The notes beneath the pieces are model-generated. The model had not been told where the DNA came from and did no database searches. It worked only from the letters and a program-made list of their open reading frames with translations. 64,000 bases of DNA from Aquificaceae bacterium (lineage in GTDB: Bacteria > Aquificota > Aquificia > Aquificales > Aquificaceae). The translations under genes were made by a program, and so were the position numbers. Below are positions 44,793 through 53,940 of this stretch, in pieces (position 1 is the stretch's first letter; each line of letters opens with the position of its first letter). The DNA lies in contig JBCNVD010000034.1 in NCBI GenBank assembly GCA_039630345.1, positions 3,231 to 67,230 of the forward strand. Direction: 5' to 3'.

Positions 44793-45289
44793 GTCTTTTC
44801 TAGCTTTCTATAACGCTCTAGTGCCATTCTGCGCCTTATTGGGCTAACCCTGTCAAGAAAGGTCTTACCAAGTAAATGATCAAGCTCGTGCTGGAAAACA
44901 ATTGCAGGAAACCCTTCAAGTGTTAGCTCCAGCTCCTTGCCACTTAAGTCAAAACCCTTTATGTAAACTTTACTGAATCTCTCTACCTGAAGACTAAGTC
45001 CGGGAAAAGACAGGCACCCTTCTTTGAAGGTTATACTCCCTTCTCCGTATATCAGATTTGGGTTAATAAGCACTAGCTTTACAGGGGGCGAGTCCTCTCT
45101 TGGACTTGTATCAATTACCATCACCCTCTTATCCACGCCAATTTGATTAGCAGCTAGTCCAACCCCTTCCTTTTCTTTCATAACTTGCCACATTATTTCT
45201 GTAAGGTCTTTTATTTCCTTGCTAATATCCTCTACTACGCTGGTTGGTTTTTGCAAAATCGGGTGTGGGAACTTAAGAACTTTCACCAT
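44789..45289 (-). CDS. def: Peptide deformylase
   Basis: 'GLAANQIG', 'EGCLSFPG', 'HELDHL'. Confidence 0.9.
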   Translation of the reverse strand: MVKVLKFPHPILQKPTSVVEDISKEIKDLTEIMWQVMKEKEGVGLAANQIGVDKRVMVIDTSPREDSPPVKLVLINPNLIYGEGSITFKEGCLSFPGLSLQVERFSKVYIKGFDLSGKELELTLEGFPAIVFQHELDHLLGKTFLDRVSPIRRRMALERYRKLEKT

Positions 45290-45314
45290 TTTGATTATAT
45301 TCCCGAAGGGAGTT

Positions 45315-46376
45315 TTATGTAGTAGAACCCTCCTCGTCTAAATAAAAAACATCATCCCCTATGGGTTCATTCCAGCGTTTGAACCCAGGAAGCGCCTCGA
45401 TTCTATACCATGCGGAGCGGTACCATATGCCCTGTGGGTCTTTTTTAACAGGTGCAATCTCCCATGCTTTGGTTTCATGATGATAATCCCATGTTTCATA
45501 AAGATTAAAATCCTGAACGATGTCTGTGATGGCAGTTCCAAATTCTGTGGTTAGAGAAATTTGAAAGTCCCTCCAGCGGAAAACCGAGGAATCTCTCAGA
45601 GTTAGACCGAAGTATCCGACTCCCCCATCTTGCTTGAGCGTTGCAATTCCTCTTCCTATGAATGCTCTGAAAGCAGGCAATGTCTCGGGTGGGTCCGAGA
45701 CAAACACATCATAAGAGCCTAATATCTCCTTTGGCAGGGGGTTTCTAAGATCCCATACCATAGCTCTTGCGTTGTCTATCCCCAGAGATTTGAAAATATC
45801 GTTATCAAAATCTATAAGCCTTTTGTCTATATCTATAACCAAAACATTCCTTGCCTTTCTAAAAAGGGCAATCGCAAGCCCGGTAAGGTCGTCTTCTGCC
45901 CCCAGGACTATTATGTTTTTATTTCTTATATCTCCTCTTGCATCCATAAATAAAACCCTTGAAACCGTGGTCTCTGGCGTTACAGAACCCTGGTCATAAT
46001 CCCTTATTGCTTTTGGGCGTTCTTTTGTAAGTTGCAGGAACTCCCTGTAAAATTCTGGCTTTGCGTAAAACGGAATGCCTCTGCCTTCGCATGCTTGACA
46101 TTTATAATCAATATGTGCTTCTATACCAAGCTCTTTGACAAGGTCAAGCCCTTTTTGTGTGAGCCTTATCCCTTGAGAGTTATCTATGAAAGCAAGCTCT
46201 TCTTCAATAAGAACCTTGATTATGGCAGAAGCGCCCGGCACAGGCAGATCAGATATATCAACCAGAGTCCAAAAATTGTCACTTACCAAAAGTCCCGCTA
46301 AGATTCTCTCTATGTTCCTTATGTAGAGCTTTACCCCGCCTAGCTCCTGCGCCCTTTGGGCGAGTTCTCTTATCAT
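45315..46376 (-). CDS. bpsA: Branched-chain polyamine synthase BpsA-like (DUF43 aminopropyltransferase)
   Basis: 353 aa. wHTH-like N-domain, Cys cluster 'CQACEGRG', Rossmann 'IIVLGAEDDLTGLA', 'VFVSDPPET'. Matches my memory of the DUF43/BpsA family of hyperthermophiles. Confidence 0.65.
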   Translation of the reverse strand: MIRELAQRAQELGGVKLYIRNIERILAGLLVSDNFWTLVDISDLPVPGASAIIKVLIEEELAFIDNSQGIRLTQKGLDLVKELGIEAHIDYKCQACEGRGIPFYAKPEFYREFLQLTKERPKAIRDYDQGSVTPETTVSRVLFMDARGDIRNKNIIVLGAEDDLTGLAIALFRKARNVLVIDIDKRLIDFDNDIFKSLGIDNARAMVWDLRNPLPKEILGSYDVFVSDPPETLPAFRAFIGRGIATLKQDGGVGYFGLTLRDSSVFRWRDFQISLTTEFGTAITDIVQDFNLYETWDYHHETKAWEIAPVKKDPQGIWYRSAWYRIEALPGFKRWNEPIGDDVFYLDEEGSTT

Positions 46377-46428
46377 TTTTTAAATTATAAATCAAAAGGG
46401 AAACCCTCACTCACACTATAATTTCCTG

Positions 46429-47085
46429 ATGAAGCTACAAATTGCTCTCAGAGCCGAAAATCCAAGTCTTGAATTTTTAAGAGTGTCAAATCCTGCAATT
46501 TTTGAGCCTTTTGACTCATGGTCTGAATTGGAGGTTAAATTTGAGCTTAAGAAGCTGGATAATGATTGCTATTTGTTGACCGCGGAAATTCAAGACAGCT
46601 CTTTCGAAGCTCTATCGCAGATTTTTGGTAGCAAAGAAAATGCATTAGGTGCTTTTTTAACTCTTGCAGTTGAGAGAGGCTGGGAAGAGTTTCCGAGCAA
46701 TATTTTGTTTTTGCACATATGGGAAGAAAACGGCATGACAATAGCCTCGGTTTACTCTCAAGGAGAGTTAGAACTTTTCAAGCATGACAATCTCGAAGCA
46801 CTTTCAAGAAAGCTAGCAAGCGCAAATAGAGTAGTCGTCTTCTCTATGGATATAGTTGCAAAAGTCCGTGATGTCTTCCCTGGACTTGAGGGAAAAACCT
46901 ATAGCATAAGCAGGCATCTATCAGCTAAAGAACTGGAAAATAACTCTTTAAAAGATTTTCTTGGAGACTCTGTGCAGGAAAAGGATATACCAAAGTATCT
47001 TAAGGATTTGACAAACTCCCTTGTCTCTAAGGGTCTAATTAAACCGGTTTGGCTTCCTATTAAGGATTGCTCTCAATTAGACTGA
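46429..47085 (+). CDS. Hypothetical protein (218 aa)
   Basis: An intact ORF in a coding-dense region. No motif recognised. Confidence 0.45.
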   Translation: MKLQIALRAENPSLEFLRVSNPAIFEPFDSWSELEVKFELKKLDNDCYLLTAEIQDSSFEALSQIFGSKENALGAFLTLAVERGWEEFPSNILFLHIWEENGMTIASVYSQGELELFKHDNLEALSRKLASANRVVVFSMDIVAKVRDVFPGLEGKTYSISRHLSAKELENNSLKDFLGDSVQEKDIPKYLKDLTNSLVSKGLIKPVWLPIKDCSQLD

Positions 47086-47962
47086 TATAGTCCTTTATTC
47101 CCTCCTCAAGGCTGAACTCCGGATGAAACCCAAACGTTTCTTTAATTTTTGTAATATCTGCCAGCGTATGTTTTTGATAAAATTCATAGGGGCAATCTAT
47201 ATACTCTATCTCCGTGGTTTTACCAAGATTTCTAGAAATTATTTCAACTATTTCGTTAAAACTTCTTGATACTCCGCTCCCTACATTAAAAATCCCAGAT
47301 ATTTCGCTGTTTAGACATAAAATACTCGCTCTAACTGCATCTTTTATGTAGATAAAATCTCTCCTTTGCTCACCAAACTTAAATAGTTTTGGCTTTTTAC
47401 CTTCTTTTATCTGTTTGTAGAGTTGTAATATCATGCTGGCGGATTTTCCCTTAAACTCCTCTCCATATCCGTATACGTTAAAATACCTAAGCCCTGCAAT
47501 GCTTAGTCCTTCTTTAATAGCGTTTAGAGCTAGTCTATCCATACATAGTTTTGAAAAGCCGTATATATTTTCTGGTTTTAAGCCTCTGTTCTCTACCATT
47601 GGAATTTGCGTATTCCCATAAACCGCGGCAGAGGATGCATAAACCAGTCTTGCTCTATTGCGCTTTATGTATTCCAATAACCAGTAAAATCCAGTGCAAT
47701 TTTTTGTCATAACCAGATTCTGGTCTGTTATAGTAGTATCTGTAATGCTAGCCATGTGGATTATAGCGTCAAAATCATCACAGTTTTCCCAAAAATCTCT
47801 CTGAGAGACATCCGCACATACAACTTCTCCTTCAAATCCATATAAATTCTTAAAATTTCCAGAAGAGAAATCGTCAACTATCCTTATGTCATGAGTCTTT
47901 TGAAGTTCAAGTGCTATTCTGGAGCCTATAAACCCTGCGCCTCCTGTTATTAAAACTCTCAA
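47060..47962 (-). CDS. hldD: NAD-dependent sugar epimerase (likely ADP-L-glycero-D-manno-heptose 6-epimerase)
   Basis: 'VLITGGAGFIGS', 'YASSAAVYG', 'YGFSK'. SDR extended family. The heptose assignment is inferred from rfaE in the same window. Confidence 0.7.
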   Translation of the reverse strand: MRVLITGGAGFIGSRIALELQKTHDIRIVDDFSSGNFKNLYGFEGEVVCADVSQRDFWENCDDFDAIIHMASITDTTITDQNLVMTKNCTGFYWLLEYIKRNRARLVYASSAAVYGNTQIPMVENRGLKPENIYGFSKLCMDRLALNAIKEGLSIAGLRYFNVYGYGEEFKGKSASMILQLYKQIKEGKKPKLFKFGEQRRDFIYIKDAVRASILCLNSEISGIFNVGSGVSRSFNEIVEIISRNLGKTTEIEYIDCPYEFYQKHTLADITKIKETFGFHPEFSLEEGIKDYISLIESNP

Positions 47963-49443
47963 GCTTTCTTTCTCCTTTTTTTAGTAGGTTTTGGTTGAGT
48001 AAGTTTTTTAATAAGGTATGTTTGCCCTATACTTATTATGTTATTGAATATCCAATAAAGCACAAGCCCCGACGGGAAGCCAGCAAAGGCAAGAACGAAG
48101 ACAATAGACATACCAATCATTAAATAGTTCTGTGTTCTATCAGGATTTGGTGTAATAATCTGTTGCAAGACCATAGTAAGTCCCATCAAAGCCGGCAATA
48201 TGTAGTAGGGGTCTTTCTCAGCAAGGCTATTTACCCATAAAAATCTCTCAAGTTGCAACTCTGAAGTTATTGTAAGTACCTTATAAAGAGCAAAAAATAT
48301 TGGAATTTGCAAAATTATAGGTAAGCACCCTGATGCCGGGTTAAATCCAGCCTGTTGATAGAGCTTTATCAACTCTTCTTGAAATTTCGCCTGGTCTTTT
48401 GCATACTTTTGTTTAAGCTCCTGAATTTTTGGTGCGAGCTCTGCCATTTTGCTGAAAGCAACTGTGCTGTTATAAGTCAAAGGAAACATCAAAAGCCTTA
48501 CTATGAAGGTCAAAATAAATATAGAAACTATCCAGAATCCTGTTTTATCATAAGTCCAGTAAAGAAACATAAAAAGTGGTTTTACTAAAAACCACAATCT
48601 TCCGAAATCAATAGCATCTGTTAAGTTCGCAGCTTTTAATTGGTTATATTCTTTTGCTCCAAAATGCATCACAAGCTCACCTTTAGGAACTATTGCACTA
48701 AGGGTATGCTCGCCTAGCCTGTATATTGCAATTGTAGAGATGTCTCCTGAAAAACCCTTGAAGTAGTATCTGCTCTCCTCTCCAGCCATTGATATGTCGC
48801 CATGGAAAACTGCGGGAGATTTTAAATCTTCTATGTCAATCCTCTGGAGCTTTTTGTTAAGTTTAAAAACGCTTCCGTTGTGACTAAACAACTCTCCTTC
48901 TTTTAAATTCGCTCCTATAACGACAAAGGGAGTATTTATACCCTCAGTAATTAGCTTAAAGCGCAGTAGTTTTCCGTCATACCATATTATTTTGTTAACT
49001 TTTATATTGCTTTCTTCAAATGAAGCAATGATTTTATTGTCCTGAAACCTTATTTCATAAGGTGAAAAGCTCAGCTTCGAAGTAATGTATGGGTCATTAA
49101 CTATTATTTCAAGTGGGAAGATATTAAGTTTTCTCTCCACTTCTGTGATTAATTCTTTGTTATAAGGCTTATAAACCGCTGAAGTAAGTCTGGCGCCTGT
49201 TTTCGAGATAGATAGTCTGTATGGTCCAATGCTAAAGCTGTAAACTTCGCTGTTTTTTATACTCTCTCTTGTCGTTCCCAGTAGTAAATTAGGGGCGTTA
49301 ATCTCAGGTTTCGAGGGTTCTGGCTCTTTTGTTTGTTGATTTGTTTGAAAAAGTATCATATATACCTGAAAAGCAAAAATTAGCATAGTGCTTATAAAAA
49401 ATAGCAAAAACAGTCTCTTTATGTCTTGCTCTTGAGGTGTCAA
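47959..49443 (-). CDS. yidC: Membrane protein insertase YidC
   Basis: N-terminal TM, large periplasmic domain, conserved C-terminal core 'GCLPIILQIPIFFALY', basic tail 'KPTKKRRKKA'. Confidence 0.9.
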   Translation of the reverse strand: MTPQEQDIKRLFLLFFISTMLIFAFQVYMILFQTNQQTKEPEPSKPEINAPNLLLGTTRESIKNSEVYSFSIGPYRLSISKTGARLTSAVYKPYNKELITEVERKLNIFPLEIIVNDPYITSKLSFSPYEIRFQDNKIIASFEESNIKVNKIIWYDGKLLRFKLITEGINTPFVVIGANLKEGELFSHNGSVFKLNKKLQRIDIEDLKSPAVFHGDISMAGEESRYYFKGFSGDISTIAIYRLGEHTLSAIVPKGELVMHFGAKEYNQLKAANLTDAIDFGRLWFLVKPLFMFLYWTYDKTGFWIVSIFILTFIVRLLMFPLTYNSTVAFSKMAELAPKIQELKQKYAKDQAKFQEELIKLYQQAGFNPASGCLPIILQIPIFFALYKVLTITSELQLERFLWVNSLAEKDPYYILPALMGLTMVLQQIITPNPDRTQNYLMIGMSIVFVLAFAGFPSGLVLYWIFNNIISIGQTYLIKKLTQPKPTKKRRKKA

Positions 49444-49646
49444 GGGTAGTCAATCCCCCCTTTAGATAGAGGGTGACATCTCATAATCCTCCAGATTGCC
49501 TTTAAAGAGCCCTTAAAAAGTCCGTATTTCTCTATCGCCAGCTTTGCATATTCAGAACATGAGGGATAGTATCTGCAAGATGGAGCATAAAGTGGAGACA
49601 CAAACCTTTGCCATAGTTTAATTAAAAAGATAATTATCTTGCTCAA
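49440..49646 (-). CDS. yidD: Membrane protein insertion efficiency factor YidD
   Basis: '[12 protein letters not shown]', '[13 protein letters not shown]'. The TTG start overlaps the rpmH stop (TTGA). Confidence 0.85.
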   Translation of the reverse strand: MSKIIIFLIKLWQRFVSPLYAPSCRYYPSCSEYAKLAIEKYGLFKGSLKAIWRIMRCHPLSKGGIDYP

Positions 49647-49786
49647 GGCGTTAGTCTTCTTCTTCCCTTTCTCCGGCGAGCTGATATTATCTTCCTTCCG
49701 CTTTTTGTAGACATTCGGGCGAGAAACCCACTCGCCCTTTTTCGCTTTAAATTAGAAATTCTTGTGATGTTTCTCTGGCTTGCCAC
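49643..49786 (-). CDS. rpmH: 50S ribosomal protein L34 (47 aa), below the ORF-track cutoff
   Basis: Hand translation from the GTG at 49786 (SD 'gggagg'): '[47 protein letters not shown]'. Matches the L34 consensus (..KRKR.HGF..RM.TK.GRK....RR.KGRK.L). Confidence 0.85.
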   Translation of the reverse strand: MASQRNITRISNLKRKRASGFLARMSTKSGRKIISARRRKGRRRLTP

Positions 49787-49805
49787 AGGCAAACCTCCCT
49801 CAAGT

Positions 49806-50093
49806 TCAGAAAAGAAGTATTAGCGCAACGAGTAATGCATAAAGTGCAAGCGTCTCCATGAATGCAAGACCTATAAACATCAGAGTTTGAAGCCTTTGAC
49901 TAGCTCCTGGATTTCTGGCTACTCCCTCTTGAGTGCCCTTTATAGCGTTTCCCATACCAATACCTGTTCCAAGAGCCGCAAGCCCAATTGCGAGCCCTGC
50001 CGCCAGATAAGCCAGACTCGTTGCCAGACCCTCTGCAGCAAGGGTTATGGCTGGTGTTAAGATTGCAATAGCTGTAGCTAACTTGGCTTTCAT
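49806..50093 (-). CDS. atpE: F0F1 ATP synthase subunit c
   Basis: 95 aa hairpin proteolipid. '[12 protein letters not shown]', with an Ala/Gly-rich helix and '[10 protein letters not shown]' (carboxylate E). Confidence 0.85.
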   Translation of the reverse strand: MKAKLATAIAILTPAITLAAEGLATSLAYLAAGLAIGLAALGTGIGMGNAIKGTQEGVARNPGASQRLQTLMFIGLAFMETLALYALLVALILLF

Positions 50094-50105
50094 GGTAAAC
50101 CTCCT

Positions 50106-50747
50106 TTAATGTTCTTCAACCGCATTGGCAAGATATACGGTAGAGAGAATCATAAAGATGTAGGCTTGGATAAATGCAGCAAGTAACTTTATTGCCATAA
50201 CTGGAACCAAAAGTATTGGTGAAAGGGCAAGCACTGGAATACTCTTTAATGCTAACCCAACCAATACAGTTATAAGCAAAGACCCACCCTTTATGTTGGC
50301 AAATAGCCTTAAAGTAAGCGTAACAGGTCTTGAAAGGTGAGAAACAACCTCTATAACGAAGAAAAAAGGTGCAAGATAAGGGTTAGGTCCTGCAAAGTGT
50401 TTTAAATATCCAAAACCATGAATTCTAAAGCCTTCAAAGTTATAAAAAAGAAATACTAAAACAGCAATCCCAAGGTTAGTATTTGCGTTAGCTGTTGGTG
50501 CAGTAACGCCCGGTATCATACCGGCTATATTCGAAATCAAAACAAAAAGACCTATACTGGCGATAAAAGGTATGTATCTGTCTCCTCTCTCGCCCATATT
50601 TTCTCTAAGCATGGAGCGAACAAATCTTACGTATCCTTCAAAAATAGCTTGCGGGGCTGAGGGTGAAAATCTGGGCTTTATGAACTCTACTGTGCCTAAA
50701 ATCAGCACCATTATCAATGCCCCTACGATTAGATGTATGTATTCCAT
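50106..50747 (-). CDS. atpB: F0F1 ATP synthase subunit a
   Basis: 213 aa polytopic. 'LSRPVTLTLRLFANI' (essential Arg helix). Confidence 0.85.
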   Translation of the reverse strand: MEYIHLIVGALIMVLILGTVEFIKPRFSPSAPQAIFEGYVRFVRSMLRENMGERGDRYIPFIASIGLFVLISNIAGMIPGVTAPTANANTNLGIAVLVFLFYNFEGFRIHGFGYLKHFAGPNPYLAPFFFVIEVVSHLSRPVTLTLRLFANIKGGSLLITVLVGLALKSIPVLALSPILLVPVMAIKLLAAFIQAYIFMILSTVYLANAVEEH

Positions 50748-50884
50748 TGATTCGATATTATAGCAGCTTTTTGGTGTATCTTAAAAGACTCTTCAATCTG
50801 GCCTGGTTTTAAGTAATTTGAGGCAAAAGGGATGAATCCAAACCTCAAAAGTCTTTATGCGTCTGCTTTGGAAATGGCTGCAAT

Positions 50885-50890
50885 TATAAT
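50885..50890 (+). promoter_or_regulatory. Consensus -10 box upstream of tRNA-Arg
   Basis: A perfect 'TATAAT' 10 nt before the tRNA 5' end. No convincing -35 at 17 +/- 1 nt. Confidence 0.3.
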
Positions 50891-50900
50891 ATCTAATAAA

Positions 50901-50974
50901 CGGCCCGTAGCTCAACTGGACAGAGCGTGGGACTACGGATCCCAAGGTTGGGGGTTCGACTCCCTCCGGGCCGG
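50901..50974 (+). tRNA. tRNA-Arg (ACG)
   Basis: Acceptor cggcccg/cgggccg, D arm gctc-aactggaca-gagc, anticodon stem tggga/tccca with loop ctACGga, T arm ggggg-ttcgact-ccctc. Confidence 0.9.
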
Positions 50975-51000
50975 TACCAAGCTTGAAGGAGGTATTTGGT

Positions 51001-51423
51001 ATGAAAGTTTTAGTAGGCGCTGCTTTGATTACTGTTGCATTTGCACAGCAAAACATCCAGATTAAAAATGCCTGGGTGCGTGAGGTTCCCCAGGGCTCTC
51101 GTGCAACAGCTGCATACATGCTAATTGAAAACAAATCCTCTCAGCCTGACAAACTGTTGCAAGCTTCCAGCCCAGTGGCAGGCACTACTGAACTTCACGA
51201 AACAGTTGATGGAAAGATGCGCAAAATACAATCAATAGAGGTTCCCGCAAATTCAAAAGTCGAGCTAAAACCAGGTGGTCTTCATGTAATGCTCATTGAC
51301 CTCAAAAACCCGATAAAAGAGGGAGATAAAGTCGACCTTACTCTAAAATTCGAAAAAGCAGGCGAAGTTAAGTTGCAACTGCCGGTCAAGAAAGGCGGCG
51401 GCGGTGCTCACCACTCTCATTAA
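51001..51423 (+). CDS. Periplasmic copper chaperone PCu(A)C (DUF461)
   Basis: Start at the ATG at 51001 with SD 'ggagg'. Signal peptide, then 'AAYMLIEN', 'HETVDGKMRKI', 'GGLHVML', His-rich tail 'GGGGAHHSH'. Confidence 0.75.
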   Translation: MKVLVGAALITVAFAQQNIQIKNAWVREVPQGSRATAAYMLIENKSSQPDKLLQASSPVAGTTELHETVDGKMRKIQSIEVPANSKVELKPGGLHVMLIDLKNPIKEGDKVDLTLKFEKAGEVKLQLPVKKGGGGAHHSH

Positions 51424-51456
51424 GGGTGAAAAATCTTATTTAAGGAGGTAATACCA

Positions 51457-52089
51457 ATGCCACACAAGCTTTCACCAAGGGATCATGTAAAGCCCAGTGG
51501 TCTAAATGGTATATCAGATCAACAAATAGAGCCACATTTCGAAGCTCACTACAAGGGATATGTAACCAAGTATAACGAGATTCAGGAAAAGCTAGCGGAT
51601 ATGAACTTCTCAGACCGCTCTAAGGCAAATCAGAACTACTCAGAATATCGCGAGCTAAAGGTAGAGGAAACATTTAACTACATGGGGGTTGTTTTGCATG
51701 AGCTTTACTTTTCCCACTTAGGTCAGGGCGGAGAACCTTCAAAAGAGCTCCTTGACAAAATCCAGGAAGACTTTGGCTCTATGGAAGCCTGTATGGCAGA
51801 GTTAAAAGCAGCCGGCATAGCTTTTCGTGGCTGGGCAATTCTTGGACTTGATATATTCTCTGGCAGACTCGTAGTAAATGGTTTGGATTCTCACAACACA
51901 TACAACTACACAGGTCTAATACCCCTAATAGTCCTGGACACATACGAACATGCCTACTATGTAGACCAGAAGAAGAAGCGCCCGCCTTACATAGATGCCT
52001 TTATGCAAAACATAAACTGGAATGTCGTAAACGATCGCTTCAACAAAGCTATGCAGGCTTATCAAGCCCTTAAGGGACTACTTCCCTGA
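51457..52089 (+). CDS. sod: Fe/Mn superoxide dismutase
   Basis: 'HFEAHYKGYV', 'LDTYEHAYY'. SD 'aaggagg'. Confidence 0.9.
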   Translation: MPHKLSPRDHVKPSGLNGISDQQIEPHFEAHYKGYVTKYNEIQEKLADMNFSDRSKANQNYSEYRELKVEETFNYMGVVLHELYFSHLGQGGEPSKELLDKIQEDFGSMEACMAELKAAGIAFRGWAILGLDIFSGRLVVNGLDSHNTYNYTGLIPLIVLDTYEHAYYVDQKKKRPPYIDAFMQNINWNVVNDRFNKAMQAYQALKGLLP

Positions 52090-52624
52090 TACTTTCCAGG
52101 GGGCTTTGCCCCCTCTTTACCTCAATCCATCTATCTCTTTTTGAAATGGCTATTTTTCTAACTCCGTCAAAGTTTATCTCTTTTGATATTCTGTAACTAT
52201 CCGGCGAGGCTATAAATTCTTTCATATGCTCTAAAGAGTCAAAATAAAGTATACTCTTACTATCCATCAAAGCACAGTATTCATCGCTTGGTTTGATAAT
52301 CTTTCCACATACAGGGCATCTGCTAAAGTGTTTTGGTGAGGCAGGTATCAGGTCTTTTAGCTTCTTTTGACTTCTTGCTTTTAAAAACATCCCTATACTA
52401 AGCGCTATAACTATAGCGTCTGCGACCAGCACTCCTTCTAAAGATAGAGCGCCAACCATAATTCCAATCAAAATGAGAAAAAATGCAATGCTATTTATTG
52501 CAAAGACTCCAAAGGTCATACTAAGAGAGTATTCAAGCGCTAACATAACGATTGCAACAGAAAACCCCGCCACCTGAATAAACCTGGCAACCACGATTAG
52601 GGCATTTACCCTATCAGAATCCAC
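52070..52624 (-). CDS. Membrane protein with a C-terminal YHS/TRASH-like Cys motif domain
   Basis: Three or four N-terminal TM helices, then 'CPVCGKIIKPSDEYCALMDSKSILYFDSLEHMKEF'. Confidence 0.45.
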   Translation of the reverse strand: MDSDRVNALIVVARFIQVAGFSVAIVMLALEYSLSMTFGVFAINSIAFFLILIGIMVGALSLEGVLVADAIVIALSIGMFLKARSQKKLKDLIPASPKHFSRCPVCGKIIKPSDEYCALMDSKSILYFDSLEHMKEFIASPDSYRISKEINFDGVRKIAISKRDRWIEVKRGQSPLESIREVVP

Positions 52625-52671
52625 CCTTTCCTAATTCTAAGTTAAAGCAGTGTTAAATTTTATGATAATAC

Positions 52672-53940
52672 TCACATCTTCTCCGTTATAGCTTTTGCAA
52701 ACTCAATCGTTGATAATACTCTGGTTTCATAACCCATTTTGGAAAACCCACTGCATATATCAGGCGTTCCTTCCCTCTTTGCTATTGTCTCTTTGACGGC
52801 ACTATATATTATCGAAGATGCCAAATCCCAGCCTATGTATTCAAGCATCATTGCCCCTGAAAGAATAAGAGAAAGCGGATTGGCAATGCCTTTGCCTGCA
52901 ATATCCAGCGCAGTCCCGTGTGTGGACTCAAATAGAGCATACCCATCGCCTATGTTTCCGCTTGGCACAAATCCCGGACCCCCTACAAGAGCCGATGCAA
53001 GATCTGATATGTAATCTCCGTTAAGATTCTGGGTTATTATCACATCGTAAGCCTCTGGTTTTAAAACCAGCTGCATTAGCATCTGGTCTGTTATAACTTT
53101 TGTCATTAGCAACTGACCTTCTGAAGGCTCCCCTTCTGTTATAACTCTGCCCTGAAATTCAGGCTCTTTTGCAACCTCAAAAGCCCAGTTCATAAAAGCG
53201 CCCTCAGTTGCTTTCATGATGTTTCCTTTTCCAACAACAGCAACCCTCTTTTTGCCATTTTTTATAGCCCATCTGAGCGCTTTTCTAACATGTCTTTTGG
53301 TTTTAAACTCGCTCATTGGCTTTATGGTTATACCTGCATCCTCAGGTATCTCACATCCCTTTGGCTTTAGAAATTCAATCATCATCCGTGCATCTTCAGA
53401 GCCTGGCATAAACTCTATACCCGCATAAACATCGTCAGAATTTTCTCTAAAAACAGCCAGATTAACCCTCTCGGGATTTGGAATAGGCGCAGCCTGCCCA
53501 AGATGAAAAACAGGTCTTATGGCGCTATAAAAATCCATAGATTGCCTAAGGAGAGAGTTCAGAGACTTTTGGCCTTTACCAATTGGAGTTCCCAAAGGTC
53601 CTTTTATCGCAACGATGCACTTTCTTAAAAACTCTATAGTCTCACTCGGCATACGCTCTTTGGTTAAAGCCTCTGCTTTATCCCCTGCCAGTAACTCGAC
53701 CCAAACTATAGCACGAGAACCCCCATATGCCTTCTGGATTGCCTTATTTAAAACAATCAGCATAGCCTCTGTAATCTCTTGACCTATCCCGTCTCCTTGT
53801 ATAAACCCTATGATGGGCTTATCTGGCACATTTAGCTCTCTGTTTTCATTCATAGAGATAAAAGACCCCAAATCAGGCATTTTTAACCCGTTTTCCCACC
53901 TAAAAACCATCTCGAGACTCATGGCTTGGTATTTTAACAA
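52672..53940 (-). CDS. icd: Isocitrate dehydrogenase (NADP type; homodimeric family)
   Basis: 'PIIGFIQGDGIGQE', 'NLNGDYISD', 'ESTHGTA'. Start uncertain (alternatives at 53910 and 53880). The longest form overlaps the ribD 3' end. Confidence 0.85.
   Translation of the reverse strand: MLKYQAMSLEMVFRWENGLKMPDLGSFISMNENRELNVPDKPIIGFIQGDGIGQEITEAMLIVLNKAIQKAYGGSRAIVWVELLAGDKAEALTKERMPSETIEFLRKCIVAIKGPLGTPIGKGQKSLNSLLRQSMDFYSAIRPVFHLGQAAPIPNPERVNLAVFRENSDDVYAGIEFMPGSEDARMMIEFLKPKGCEIPEDAGITIKPMSEFKTKRHVRKALRWAIKNGKKRVAVVGKGNIMKATEGAFMNWAFEVAKEPEFQGRVITEGEPSEGQLLMTKVITDQMLMQLVLKPEAYDVIITQNLNGDYISDLASALVGGPGFVPSGNIGDGYALFESTHGTALDIAGKGIANPLSLILSGAMMLEYIGWDLASSIIYSAVKETIAKREGTPDICSGFSKMGYETRVLSTIEFAKAITEKM

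Noticed and set aside
50793-51134. ORFs on both strands (113 aa minus, 77 aa plus) overlapping tRNA-Arg
   Set aside because: They span a cleanly folding tRNA gene and the start of the PCu(A)C gene, so there is no support for coding.
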